A stretch of 64,000 bases of DNA, taken from assembly GCF_018977255.1 (NCBI RefSeq), contig NW_024704742.1, positions 87,298,001 through 87,362,000 on the forward strand, written 5' to 3'. The position numbers and the translations under genes were made by a program. Origin of the DNA: Callorhinchus milii. Its lineage: Eukaryota. The notes below the pieces were generated by a model. That model searched no databases. It worked only from the letters and a program-made list of their open reading frames with translations, and was not told where the DNA came from. Positions 13,859-27,908 of the stretch are shown here, piece by piece. The number at the start of each line of letters is the position of its first letter. Position 1 is the first letter of the stretch.

Positions 13859-14749
13859 TTATTACTCCCGGAAAAGCAATCCGCCAATCGACTAACAACC
13901 GGTTCCTACTTACTGCTAGGTAAACAGAGGCGTGTGGGGTAAGGAAACTTGCCCAACATTTCGCCCTGACGGGAATCAAATCCAGGTCTTTCGCTTGCGA
14001 GGCGAGTGCTCTAACCACTGAGCAACAGGACTCCACACAGGTGTATATTTAAAATGAAATTGAAAAAGTAAACCCAGAACAATACTTAAGGATGTACAGT
14101 AGAATAAGAAGACACAGATTTAAAGTTTTTCTTTACTGGGAGGGTAATTAATGACTGGGACAGGTTGTCAGGAAGAGTGGTTGAAGCCAGGCCACTGAAT
14201 TCATTTAAAAAACAAGTTGATGCAGTGATGGGGGGACGGTAGGGTGGGTGTTCTGGAAGGAGGAGATTAGATGGGTTGAAGGGCCTTCTTCATCCAAACT
14301 GATCTTGTGATCTCTGCTATAACTATGAACTCAAAGTTCAGGTTGGTAGTCCAGGGAGGAAACCATTGTATTGTCGTAACTACCGTACTTTGGACGAGAT
14401 ATAAAACTGAGATCCCAACTGTTCATGAGAACATTAAATATACGTGTTCATAACATGGGCTGTCATTGTATCAATGTCCATTGTATTCAGTTGTCTGACA
14501 ATTACATTGACATTAGCAGACAATCCGACAGAAAAATTGGTATTCACTTCTTTGCTATTTGTGAGACACAGCTGTGACTACTGATCCGCTGATGTTCTGT
14601 CAGCTTGTTTATCAGACATTAAGGCCTGGATGAGTGCAAACTTGCTGCAGCAAGTTGAAGCTGTAGTCCTAGGCTCCCATCGATGGCTTCTCTCCTGCTG
14701 CTCTTATTTCCTCAACCTTCCCTGCTTATCCATAAGACTTACCGAACCT

Positions 14750-15400
14750 GTACGTTGATCCCCAGCTCTCCTTCCTACTCCACATCCGGTCCCTGACTAG
14801 GACCACTTTCCTCCACCTCCGTCACGTTGCCCATCTCTGACCGTACCGTACACCCAACGCAGCTGAAATCCTTGCCTTCATCACTTACTGCCTCGACTAT
14901 TGCAATGTCCTCCTCGCTGGTATCCCCAACTCCACAATCCATAAGATCCAACTAGTTCAAACTTTTTAATTAAACATCTGTATACTCACCTGCACTAAAC
15001 TCCGTACCCCTATCACAGCAGTCCTCACCAGGCTCCACTGACTCTCTATCCAGATGGATTGACTTCAAGAACCTCACACTCGTCTACAAATCCCTTCACG
15101 CCCTGGTATCTCCCTACCTCTCCGAGCTGCTTACTCCCCACTCCATCACCTGACCCCTCTGCTTGGCTGAATCCGGCTTCCTGCTTATCCCTTGTCCCCT
15201 CCGCTCCACCAATGATGGATGTGCTTTCAAACGCCTCCGTCCAAATCTTTGGAACTCTCTCCCTCAAACCTTCTGCCTAAAGGCTTTCCTCTTCAACTGT
15301 GCTTATGGTCGCCTCCCCTCTTCCAGCTCGGCATCAGACTCTGCTGCTGTTAAGTGCTTTGAGACGCTACCTCATGTGAAGGTTGCAAGCTGTTGTTGAC
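14750..15400 (+). mobile_element. Degenerate L2 LINE 3' fragment
   Basis: Similar to 6790-7472; LDYCN..LAG and PNLWNSLP remnants; TTG tail. Confidence 0.8.
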
Positions 15401-15904
15401 ACATTTGCCTTCAAATACAACATTTGACAGCAATTACATGTGAAACGCTTGAAGACATTTCAGCATTCTAGGCACTATTTCAAATGCAAGAGTAATATTT
15501 TTGCCTGCTGGCATGATGCAGACATTGGTGTTGTATTCATTTTTTTCTGTTCAACATGTTGTCATATGTCACATGAAACATATTCATAAAACCATCTTAG
15601 TTACATAAGACACCTCTGATGAGTTCATATCCATATCATATCCATCCTTCAAATGAGACATAAAACCTGCCTGTTCACCAAATAAAATAAAATAGATCAT
15701 TCACTTTATAGCTGTTTATGGGACATTTGTGTACACAAATTTGCTGCTGCATTTGCACAAAACACAATCGCTATACTTTACATAGCACCTATGAAGCACT
15801 TAGAGATGTCCTCCCAATTTGAAAGATGCTGTATCAAATGCAAGGATTATGATTATTATCTAATTGTAATATATTGTAACATATAATTAACTTTGTATTT
15901 GCAG

Positions 15905-16010
15905 ATGTTCTTCAGCTGAAGTTAGAAGACAATGTTTGCAACAGCCCAATTCTACAGTCATCCATTACAAGCGCTCTCCAAGCATGTGTGGCTCTTCTAT
16001 GTTTCACATT
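15905..16010 (+). CDS. DOCK8: DOCK8 coding exon 2 ((R)CSSAEVRRQCLQQPNSTVIHYKRSPSMCGSSMFHI)
   Basis: tttgcag|...|gtaagt; 106 nt, phase 2 to 0, joins exon 3 in frame; SSAEVRRQ resembles recalled DOCK8 N-terminal YSSAEIRKQ. Confidence 0.85.
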
Positions 16011-17975
16011 GTAAGTGCAGAATATGCTGTGGATCAACAGCTGCAACCATTTAGGATAAAAAGTACCTGATGGAAGTTCAGATGAAGAAAGTCCCTTGCT
16101 CCATTGACCTTGTGACCTTGTGATTCCCATGTTTCCAGGATACCTTAGGATCTTACAGTTACAATACCATACACATTTAGATGTATACAGCGCCTTTCAT
16201 GTTGGGAGGATGTCACAAAGCACTTGACACCACTGGCTGGGCACTCAAGCTGGGGTTGGGAGCCAAGGGGGTGGTGAGCGGAAACATGACCAAAGGTGTG
16301 GTTAAAGACCTTTCAAGATGAATGATATAGCTTTAAGTTGTTTCTTAAGGAGTCTTGTCCTCTGATCTGTACCACTCTCCAGTAACCCATACCCCACTGT
16401 GTAAAGAAACATTCTCTGTCCAAGATGTCTCTTTGCGTTTGATTTAATGCCTATAATTTCAAAGTCTTAAAGTAATTGATAGGAAATTGCTGTCAAGAGT
16501 AGTAAATACAGGCAACCAATCTACACAAAATAATGTTCATGAAGTGAACAGCCATGTGGTGAATGTCCAATTAATCTGGAGAACTTGTTGGCCAGGACAC
16601 ATGGAGAAACTCCCTTCTTGTTTTGAGTGTTGTCTTTACCAATTAACAGGAACAAGAAGCTGCAGGCGAAAATTCTGCAAGATTTCCCAACGAGTTCAGT
16701 GCTGTGAGAGTGAAACTAAAACACAAGAGACAGATAATAGGAAGTTTACCCAGTGCCAAAGAACATGCAGCAATGTAATGAACTATGTTTGGGACCTCAT
16801 TTGTCCTGGGCCTCTGGCTGTGCTGTGAGCAACACTCGAGTGTTGACACTTGGACATTACTCTCAGGGTAGGGTGACCACACTTAGGGTAAACTAGGTAG
16901 TTTATCAGGTAAACTAGGTAGGGTAAACTAGATCCAGGGACGTATATTTTCAAACTCACCAGAATTCTGATGCTGTCAGTTACTGGAAAAGCTTGTTGGA
17001 TTAAATGGCTGTATTTCTCTGATGAGTGTATCTGTTTTAGAATGCTATTATTATTGCTCAGTTTGTTGTTGGACTCAAGACGGGGCAAATTTGGCCAGGG
17101 ACTATCCCAGGAAATGGGGACATATGGTCATTCTATTCTTAGGGTAGCTCCAATCACGGTAGTTAATTACTGTATGCATGAGTAATCTACGATGCCACCA
17201 CATCCTAAACACATGCAGAATCTTTGATATGATAATTCCTGCTATTGACATAAAGTAAACGCCTGATACCTCGCTGCTCCGTGAGAAAAGGGTTCAGTGA
17301 CGAGTTATCTGGAGTAGGGAGCTAGGCATTTGTATAAATACGTAAATAAATGTGCCCGGGATATTGACAGCATGACGACTTAAGTGGTTGTCACAAGTTA
17401 AGCCAGGATCCAGTTATCAGAGTTCACAGAATAACTTAAGATGCTTCACCGGATTTAAAGTGCAGTTTCTGTGTATTTTGTAGGAGAAAGCAGCAGCCAG
17501 CTTTGCGCACAGCACAGTCTCACAAACAGCCGTGTGGAGTGAGTGACGGTTTTCTGTGAGGGATTGTCGGCCGGGACACAGATGCTGGAATATTGAAATT
17601 TGAAATTGATAAATTCTAGAATGAGGTACAAGTGATTATAAAAAGGTGACGATCTGGTCATGTGGGCAGTTGGTGAACCCAGATTTACAGGGAGGGCCAC
17701 GAGAGAATGAAGACAAAGGCAAAAGGTTTGAGTTTGGGGAATATTTTAGTGGGGGACGGAGAACAAAATTGAGAGACCAAAAATAGAGCATCTGAAATCG
17801 ATCCAAGAAAAAAATAATATGAAAAGAGTCCAGAGAAAGCTATAAGGAAGACTGATGATCCTGGCAGATGGAGAGAGTAATAATAATCCTTGCATTTTGT
17901 GTAGCCGCCTTATCATGTGTCAGTGCCTCTGAGCGCTTCACAACATTTGACTGTAAATTGTAGTGACTGTGTATT

Positions 17976-18345
17976 TGTAGCTTAGTGGTTTAGAGCACTC
18001 GCCTCGCAAGCGAGAGACCTGGGTTTGATTCCCGTTAGGGCGAAATGTTGGGCACGTTTCCTTACTCCACAATGCCTGTTTACCTAGCAGTAAGTAAGAA
18101 CCTGGTTGTTAGTCGTTTGGCGGATTACTTTTCTGGGGGTAATAATTGCTTCAAAAAAATAATAATGAATTGGTCACTTCAATCCACGACTGTTTGTGGG
18201 ACACTGCTGTACACAATTGGCTGCTGCATTTCACCCACAAAATATACAGTCGATTCACTTTTCAGCATATTCTGTGAAGCGTTTTAGGACGTCTCAAAGA
18301 CGCGATGAGGCGTTACATCAAATGCAAGGATTATTCTTATTATTT
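17976..18345 (+). mobile_element. tRNA-derived SINE, longer/older form (similar copies at ~12125-12463-, 20516-20862-, 25905-26260+, 32505-32872-, 13860-14036-; shorter forms at 21010-21292-, 51596-51875+, 57095-57405+, 62918-63133+)
   Basis: Same head and tail plus internal segment GTTTACCTAGCAGTAAGTAGGAACC. Confidence 0.88.
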
Positions 18346-21300
18346 GTAGGTGAATGGGCATCACTGAGCTTAAGTAAATCAATTTAGAGTTAAAAAATTT
18401 AAAATCTTCGCATTTAATATAGCATCTTATCACATCATGGAAACTTTTCAAAGTGACTGTGTATTTTGTGGGTAAATGCTGCATAAAATTTGCACACAGA
18501 GTCATCCCACAAACGAGCCATGTAATGAATGAGGTGACTATTGAAAGGGGAAGGAAAGTCTAGGGAAGCATTTTCTTTTCAACGTATTCAACGCATGTCT
18601 GTGCGTGTTTGTGGGAAAAAATCTAAATATTTGAAATACCTGTATTGAAATTATGACAGATTTTCCTGCTTCAGACAAAGCTTTGGTACAACACCAGTAA
18701 TAATTATCACATTGTATCCCAACAAATTTCCTAGCATTTTTTAAGCAAACCTCACATTACAGTGACTCGTAATATATAACTGCCATGTCCTTCGCTACTG
18801 AGATGTTGCTTATCTACCCTCCCTCCCCCATCCCCCGACAGTTGGTTGAAAGAATACTGCTTCCCAAATATAGGAACTTCCCCAGAGAATCAATGTTCAA
18901 CTTTGGCTGCGAGAATTGTTGTGTCTCTGCCCAGGCTCTGCCCATCTCAGGCAAGGACCACTGGAAAGGCAAATCTCACGCTCAGTTGGCAAGATTTCCA
19001 TGTCTTGAGGTTGTTTTATCAGATGGCAAAAGCAAAAGTCATTTTAAAGTGAGCTGGTGTCATTCCTTGTTGCGCACCATTTGTTGTGTGTGTTTTAAAA
19101 AAGTAATTTCCTCTTCCACATTCTTCAAATGTGAATCTAGACCGTGAATCTTGGTGAGCTCTTCAATGGTGGCAACCCTCCTCTATCTCCGAGGGACTTG
19201 AATTCTTTTTCACCCAGTTCAGTGAAGCCTGTCCTGTAACCAGTGCTCTGGCTCTTCTTTGACTCCCTCTTGTGGCGGTTCTCCGGACGCCCCAACTGTG
19301 GCCAACCGTCTCGCACTCTCTCCCTATGGTCCTAGTTTCTGAATCTTCTCCCATTCCCAGTCTGTGGGGGGGTGACTCTCATTTAGAGGCCCCACGTCAT
19401 ATTGCTGCATGTGTGGGGTAAGAGTAGAAAAAATGGTAAAGACAACCTTGCACTGTGTATGAAAATGCAAGCAGGTATCTGCCTACCCAAACAATCTAAT
19501 GCCTGTTAATTGCCTGTACTGCAGATTGGCAAAGTTCTAACACTGTATCACTGTTTCTATGCTGAAAGCAAGTGTTTAAATTATGTAGAGTTACGGCAGA
19601 CTGATCCACATGTAGGAAGGGGTACAGACTATACAACATGTATATAGTTTATAAATAGACCTAATATTTGTTAGGTCAGAGTATTAAGGGATTTGAGACA
19701 AGGGCAGATAATTGGTCTTGAGGTATACATCAGCCATGATTTTATGGAATGGCGGAATGGGCTTGAGGGGCTGAATGGCCTACTCCTGCTTCTATGTTTT
19801 TATAGAAGACATGTGGAAAGCAAGCTGAATGCCAGGTTTGAGGATGGGGATGTTTACAGTGCATTCTCCTTTCAAATCCTCGTCTGATTGTCCACCACTA
19901 TTCCCGACTGGATGTGGCAGCACTGCAGAGTTTTTCTCTGATGCTTTGGTTGTGGGCTCGCTAAGTGTGTTGGTTTTGGTGTTTGATATTCAGGCAGCCC
20001 TGTATTGCTGCATTACAAGGTTGGCGCCTCAGTCTAAGGTATGGCCGCTGCTGCTCCCAGGATGCCCTCCTACTCTCTTCACTGAACTAGGGTTGGTCTC
20101 CTGGCTTGATGGGAGTAAAGGATGTGCAGGCTATGAGTTTACAGGCTATAGTGGTGTACAGTTCTGCTACTGATTATGATCTATGGCCCTTCAAGCATGC
20201 CAAAAGGCACGTATGCATATATGTGTTTGTGTGTGTGTGTGTGTGTATGTATGTGGTGTGCGTCTGTGTGCTGAGCACCTGTGTGCATTTGTATGTGGCA
20301 AAAATTAATCCCTATATTTGGTATAGCACCTTTCACGTCAGGAGGATGTCTCAAAGCTCTTCACAGGATATACTGTAAAATGCAGTAACAGTGTTTTTTG
20401 TGGGCGAACGAGGAAGCCAATTTGCCCACAGCAATGTCCCATAAATAGCCATAAAGTGAATGACCAATTTGTTTTTATGCTGTGGTGCTACATGAATAGA
20501 GTAAATCTGGTGGTTTAATAATAATCCTTGTATTTGATATAGCGCTTTTCGTCTTCTAGACTTCTCAAAGTGCTTCACAGAATACACTGTAAAGTGAATT
20601 GACTGCTTATTTGTGGGTGAAATGCAGCAGCCAGTTGTATACAGCAGTGTCCCACAAGCAGTTATGGATTGAGTGACCAAATTATTATTACTTTTTTTTA
20701 AGGATTATTATCCCCAGAAAAGCGATCTGCCAATCGACTAACAACCATGTTCCTACTTACTGCTAGATAAACAGAGGCATGTGGAGTAAGGAAATTTGCT
20801 CAACATTTCGCCTTGCCGGGAATAGAACCCAGGTCTTTCGCTTGTGAGGCGTGTGCTCTAACATATGAGGTAATTCAAGTGGTGAATCATCTAAAAATGT
20901 TTTTAAAGCAACTTATTCCTCATATTTCTTAGTTCTCTACTCCTCCGGTACATTTCTGCTGTAGGTTAGTCATTGTGTGACGTGGATATTGAATAATAAT
21001 AATGTAAAATAGTAATCCTTGCATTTGATATAGTGCTTTTCACGTTTTCTAGACGTCTCAAAGCGCTTCACAGAATATAATGTAAAGTGAATTAACTGTA
21101 TATTTGTGGGCAAAACACTGCAGCCAATTGCGCATAGCAGTGTCCCACAAACAGTTGTGGATTTAGTAACCAAATTATTATTCTATTTTGTTTTTTTACT
21201 TGAGGGATTATTATCAGGCGTGTGGAGTAAGGAAACTCGCCGTCCTGGGAATCGAACCCAGCAATTGCTCTAACCACTGAGCTACAGGATTCCATAATAG

Positions 21301-22669
21301 AATAAACAGAACTTGTGTCCTCAAATTAATGCTCCCAAATGAAATTTAACTATATAGAATGAGAAGGCTTTTAAAGTGAGACTCACACTTACTTCCTGCT
21401 GCTTGCTTGTCAAACTATCAGTGACCTCAGTTCCGGAAAGTGCAACTGCCTGGTTTAGACATCTGTACCTCACTTTTGCAACTTAGTGTGTAGTTTGCAT
21501 GTAAGCAGGAAGACGGTCGAGTAACCACTTCTCCTTTTGCAAATTCGGTTGCATAGCTTTGTCCTCTCCTCTTTTTGCAAAGACGCCATTTTAAGAGCCA
21601 GGACTTTTCATCCATCCTCAACAGGTAGGAAAATTTCGCAAGTTAATGCCGAATGGATGCTGACATTTAGTGAGAGGTTTAAATGTGTTGGACTTTGCTT
21701 TACCGCTGCATATTTTGATAAGAATCTGCACAATATGCAAATTGTTTTTTGTTCTGACACAAAAATGAAGCATTTGATTAATTTCACATAGTTAGATCTA
21801 GTTTTAACCAATGTCCTGATGTTGTTATGATCTCACACAAGTGTTGGTAGGGGCTTGATATGCCAGCATTCAGGTGCACTAACCAGTATTTGTGAACAAT
21901 TAGGATTTGCAAACATCTAAGCAGTTCGCTGCCTTGAAGCATTTTATTCTGTGAAGGGCCTAGGTTAACAGGAAGCTGGTTAATGCACCCTGGATGTGTA
22001 TCAGTACAATTTACCAACTAATAAGAGATATTGGTGCAATAATGACGAGTGTAATCCTGCAAATGAGGGTGGACGAAAACTTTGTCGGAGAAGAGGGTTT
22101 CATAATGCTGCTTTTTTATTGAGACATGGAGGAACTACATTTGTCGGGGGTGCTGTGAATTTGTGTTTCCAGAGTCTCATGTTGCTAGCATCTTAATAAG
22201 TAATTGGCTTGAGTGCAATTCTAAACAGTATTTTGCGGCTATTCTTCCCAGTGTAGCGCAGTCAAAAATATTGAGAAAAGGTTAAAATCTATGTTATTCA
22301 GTATTATATTGGATTGTTGTTGGAAATCACTGCTGCTGATGATGTGACAAGTACATAGAATGTTACAGTGGAAATGAGCCATACTAATCCCTAATGGTGT
22401 TTATACTCCACAGACACCTCAACCCCTCCTATTCCCCTCTCCTATACCCCTCTATTGCCTTCTGTCTCATGCATGAATTAAGTTTCTTAAATACGTTGAC
22501 GTTTTTTTCTTCAACCACAGCTTCCGGCAGCACTTGCAGTGTTTGTTGTACTGTGCCAGCTTGTGGTCAGAGAGAGAGGGCTAGGAAGTCAGGACGGGAA
22601 GAGAATGCAAAGTGAGAGAATATGACGGGGCCCACAAGCTAAGGCTTATCATTGTCATTTGTTAGGAAT

Positions 22670-24990
22670 AGAACCATAGCAATTTACGGCACAGAAGAAG
22701 TCCATTCAGTCCATTGTGTCTGTGCCAGCTCCCTCAAGAGCAATCCTTTCTATCCTACTTACTAGCTATTTCCCCACACCACTTTAGCTGACTCTTTTTA
22801 AGGTATTTATCTAGATCCCTCTTGAAGGCCAATTTGGATTCTGCCTCAACCACTACTCCCGGCAGAACATTCCATATCCTAACTAGTGTGTGTGTGAAAC
22901 AAATTCTCCTAACTTGCCCATTTGCTCATTTACTAACCATCTTAAATTGGTTGCCCTCTTGTTACTGAACTAACCGACCAGTGCAAATAATTTTTACCTA
23001 TTGACTCTATCAAAACCCCTCATCATTTTAAAGACTCTGTCAGGTCACCCTCAACATTCTGTTTTCCAGAGGAAAGAGTCCCAGTTTTTCCAGTCTCCGC
23101 TTGTAAGTCAAACCCCTCATCCTTGGTATTATTCCCAGTAAATCTCTTCTGCACCCTCTATTGCCCTGACGCATTTCCTAAAGTGTAATGACCAAAACTG
23201 GACACAATATTCTAACTGTGGTCTAACTAAGAATATAATAGCAATATAACTAATGATAAGTAAAATGTAAAATGCAGTTGTGTTTCGTGCAGACATAGTT
23301 GAAGCATCCAGCCAAGATGGATGAAAGAGTGTGCTTATTTTAGTATTCTAATAATAACTTGGTCATTCAATCCACGACTGTTTGTGGGACGCTGCTGTGC
23401 ACAATTGGCTGTGATGTTTCGCACGCAGAATATACAGTCAATTCACTTTACACTATATTCTGTGAAGCGCTTTGAGACGTCTCAACAATGTGTCAAGATG
23501 CAATATCAAATGCAAGGATTATTATTATATTATTATAGAAGTTTAGCATTACCTCTGCTTTTATATTGTATACCCCCATTTACAAAAGAACTACTTGCAC
23601 TTATATAGAGCCCTCTACACAGGGTAGCATCTCAGAGTGCTTAACAGTGGCAGAGCCTGACACCGAACTGAGGTGAGGAGGTGGCCATAAGCATGATCGT
23701 AGAGGAAAGTTTTCAGGCGGGACTTGAAAAAGGAGAGAGAGGAGGCATATAGAGGGATTGAGGGAGTGTGTTCCAGAGTTTCGGGGCATTGTGGCTGAAA
23801 GCCCGACCTCCAATGGTGGGGTGGATGGTCCAAGGGCCAAGTAGGAGGCCAGTGCCAGTCGAGTGGAGGTGCTGGGTGGTGGATTGGGGAGTGAAGAGGT
23901 TGGAGAGGTAGGGAGGTACCAGAAGGGAAGAAACCTAAGATTCCATATTGAATATCATTTGCTATTTCTCTGCCCAATCAACTAATTGGCCTATGTCCCC
24001 CTGAAGTTGTTTATAATCTTCATTGTTAACTATACTGCCTAGTTTTTGGTCATCTGCAAATTTAGAAATGGTGCCACTTATGCTAGAATAATTTACATAA
24101 ATGGAGAAAAGCAACGGTCCTAACACTGACCATGGGGCACACCACCTATCTCCACTTTAAATAACAACCCTTTATTCTTACCATGTTTTCTATCCTTTAA
24201 CCAACCTTCTATCCATGCTGTTACCTCCCATTATTCGTATGCACCTTAATTTTGTTTTTACAAGCCTCCTATGCGACACCTCATCAAAAGCTTTCTGAAA
24301 ATCCATATATGCCACATTCACAGCATTCTCATCATCTATTTTCTCAATTATTTCTTAAGAAAAATAAAAAAATTAGACTTGCCAGGTAAGACTTGCCTTT
24401 ATCCATGCTGACTGTTAAGTGATCCATGATACTATCCCGCATGAAGGGCACTATATAAATACAAGTTGTTGTTTGTTGTCTTTAGTCAACCCATGTATTT
24501 CCAAGTGGTTATTAATATGCTGTATTATAGCTTCTAAAGGTTTTCTCGCTTGCTCCTGTTCTCCCTTTTAAAACAGAGGTGATACATTAGCTACTCTCCA
24601 ATCTCCTGGCACAACTTTGAACTGCAAAGATGTTTGCCAGAGCATCTACTATTTCCTCCCTGAATTCCCTCAACATTCTCAAGTGCTGCCATCAGGGCCT
24701 TGTGACGTGTTCCCTTTGAGTTCATTATTTTATTAAGCATCCCTTCCTTTCTATAACGATCTATTCTAATTGTTGCACACACCCCTCTGATACACACAAT
24801 GTCTCAGTACCATTCTCTTCTGTAAAAACTAAGAAGAACTACTCATTCTGTATCCCTGCATACTTTCATTTTCTTGACTGGATTTCCCAGTTCATTTCTA
24901 ATTAGCCATACTTTTTTTTTAACTATTCTTTTGATTTTTATGTGTTTTATAGAATCCTTCTATATTTTTCTTTATGTTCCCTGCCCAGAG
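22670..24990 (-). mobile_element. Old CR1 LINE (RT region plus 3' end) interrupted by a SINE (~23335-23535) and an L2 3' end (~23600-23935)
   Basis: - strand reads IYMDFQKAFDEVSHRRL (~24265-24312) and ISKFADD (~24050-24070); CR1 3' end at 22670-23230. Confidence 0.8.
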
Positions 24991-26260
24991 TGCACAGAAC
25001 TAGAGAAAAATGTTGCGGTACATATGGTCAATCCAAGAGTTAAATAAATGAAATAAAGATATGATAAATAAAATAAGAAAAACTTTGCTGGGGAGGGGGA
25101 GATAATTTATTTGCATTTGGAGGTTATTCCCTCCACATTATCTAACATTGGAGGTCTGAAACCAGGTGACAGGAAATGCAAAGGGTCAGGATGACTCGAT
25201 TTGCCATCAGATCATTTTTCCTTCTGTCTGGGGAAGAACTTCATTTTCGTTCAGTATCTTTGGTAATTTCAGAGTGACCTGGATTGTAATAACTCATCGT
25301 ACAACATGTTTTGTGGGCCAAATGATGTGCATTGCCATTATCTTTTGTACAACAACAACAAATTGGATTTATATAGTGCCTTTCACATTGGGAGGATGTC
25401 TCAAGGCTCTGGACAGTCTAGGATTTGCACCCAAGTTGGGGGCTGGATTCAAGAAGGGTGGGGGAAAGGGGATAATGGTAGGAAGATAACCTAAGGCGTG
25501 GTCAAAGGGGAAAGTCTTGAGATGGGCCTTGAAGGAGGGAAGGGGTGAAACAAATGCAAGTTGTTGTTGAGGATTGGCTATTCAATAATTATTGACTCAT
25601 TTTGGAACTCTTATTTTAACATTAAGTTTCTCACCCCCAAAGTTAGACTAACTCATTTTGATTTGCACTCAATGACCACTTGGTGTAAAATAGTGTTTCA
25701 CTAGCTTTATTAGTAAATTTGACTTTAGATAGAAACCATCTGTCCAAGGTCAAAATCACATTCAAATCCATTGTGTCCCTGTGGGCCCTTTATGTAAATC
25801 AGGGCAGGTCATTGTAACTCCCGATGCTCTGTTGTCATAGCAAATCCAGCTTCTTATTTAAGTCACAGGTTCAAAGAAAGTTTTGTCTGATCTGAAGTAT
25901 CAAAGTGGAGACCTGTAGCTCAGTGGTTAGAGCACTCACTCTAGACCTGGGTTTGATTCCCAGCAAGTTTCCTTACTCCACACGTCTCTGGTTTACGTAG
26001 CAGTAAGTAGGAACCCATTTTTTGATTGATTGGTCGATTGGCAGATCGCTTTTCCAGGGGTAATAATTCCTTCAAAAAAAAAAGATTGGTCACTTCAATC
26101 CATGACTGTTTGTAGGACACTGTTGTGGGCAATTGGCTGTTGCATTTTGCCAACAAAATATACAGTCAATTCGCTTTACAGTGTATTCTGTGAAGCGCTT
26201 TGAGATATCTCGACGACGTGATAAGGTGCTACATCAAATGCAAGGATTATTTTTATTATT
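24715..26260. repeat. Inverted duplication, right arm (partner 12125-13858)
   Basis: As for the left arm; lacks the SINE fragment present at 12988-13183. Confidence 0.95.
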
Positions 26261-27469
26261 TTGTCAGGAAACGAAGGCCCGAAGATATGATTTGTTGCCT
26301 TCACCATAATTTCAGGCACAAAGTCCCAGAGTCCTACCAGGAGTCAAAAGTAATCTTTATTCACTTGGGTTAATGCCATAAACTAGAGATGAGAATGGCT
26401 GTGACTCAGACTTGTTTTTCTAGGTGCCAAACTTTTCAGTTGAAATAAAAGATCCCACCCTTCACTTTTTCAAAATCAAATAGCGATAGAGAACTTAATT
26501 CTGATAAAAAATTCTAAATCATTGAACTAAAGAATCTTGCTACTGGATTTGTTTTTATCCAACACAATTGGTACATATTTTTCAATACCTGTTTGACCAG
26601 AAAAAAAATGATTTTATCTCAGGGGCACCACAAACCACAAGGCCATCATTCTAAATGTTAAAAAGTATGTATCAAGCAATGTAGTGGAATCAGTAACTTG
26701 GATACAATCAAACTGAGAAGTGCATCAGCCTGGCTCAGTTGGTGGCCCTCTTGCCTCAGTCTGGGACTCATACGTTTTAAGATGGCAATACAGAGCTGGG
26801 GATATGCTACATTATCAGAGGTGAGACATTAAACCGATTCACATCTGTCTGTCCAGGTGGACATTAAAAATCCCATGTCACTATTTGAGGAGAGAAAGGA
26901 ATTTCTCCCAGTGTCCTGGACAACAATCCTCCAGACAAAATTTGTCATTGATTCATGGCTGTTTGTGTGACATTGCTATGTGCAAGTTGGCTGCCATGTT
27001 TGCCCACAAATACACAGTCACTCCACTTTACAGTATACCCTGTGAAGCCCTTTGAAACAGCTCGACGATATGATAAAGCGCTATACCAACATCAACAACA
27101 ACAAGATTTCATTTATAGAGCGCCTTTCACCTTGGGAGGACGTCCCAAGGCGCTGGACAGTTGGGTCGGGACCCAAGCAGGCGGGAAATGTTCAGGATGA
27201 GGGGAGGGAAGGGAGGGAGCGAGGAGGGGGTAGAGAGTCGAAAGGGGAGCTGAAGGCACAGTTGAAGAGAAGATGTATGATATCAAATGTAAGGATTTAT
27301 TATAAGTGCTAAACTGCACAATCTCAATATTTAATTTACATATAACAGACGATGTAACAAGACAGATTAGTCACACACCGACCATAGTTTCTCTCCTCAG
27401 TACACAAATGAAAGATACAGAAATGTATACCATAAGGTGAAATGCACCTCTCCTTATTGCACCCCACAT

Positions 27470-27908
27470 ACTTACCCGGACCAAACTCCGTATCCACATC
27501 TCACCCATTCTGGCCAGGCACCACTGGCTCCCGATTACTGAACGGATCGATTCCAAGATCCTCACACTCGTATTCAAATCCCTTCACTCTCTGGCACTTC
27601 CCTATCTCTCCAACCTCCTCACTCCCTAATCCACGACCCGGCGCCTCCGCTCGACTGGCACCGGCCTCCTGCTCATCCCTTGCACCTTCCACCTTACCAT
27701 CGGAGGTCGGGCTTTCAGCCACTACACTCCAAAACTCTGGAACGCTCTCCCTCAATCCCTCCGCCTTGCCCCCTCTCCCCTTTTTCAAATCCCGCCTGAA
27801 AACCTTCTTCTTTGACCACCTCCCTCCCCCAGCTTGGAATCAGGCTCTGCCACTGTTAAGCGATCTGAGACGCTATTCTGCGTGGAGGACGCTATATAGT
27901 TGTTGTTA
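27470..27908 (+). mobile_element. L2 LINE 3' fragment
   Basis: HWLPITERIDSKIL-like frame, FFKSRLKTFFFD, TTG tail. Confidence 0.8.

Noticed and set aside
1..15904. DOCK8 exon 1 (ERRAFALKINR-like)
   Set aside because: No matching frame or CpG-island-like promoter seen; the AACAG|GTAAAG near 5129 lies in a decayed LINE.
16885..16932. Short GGTAAACTAG iterations resembling an array
   Set aside because: Three short copies from local slippage; eukaryotic context with no CRISPR-like repeat-spacer structure.
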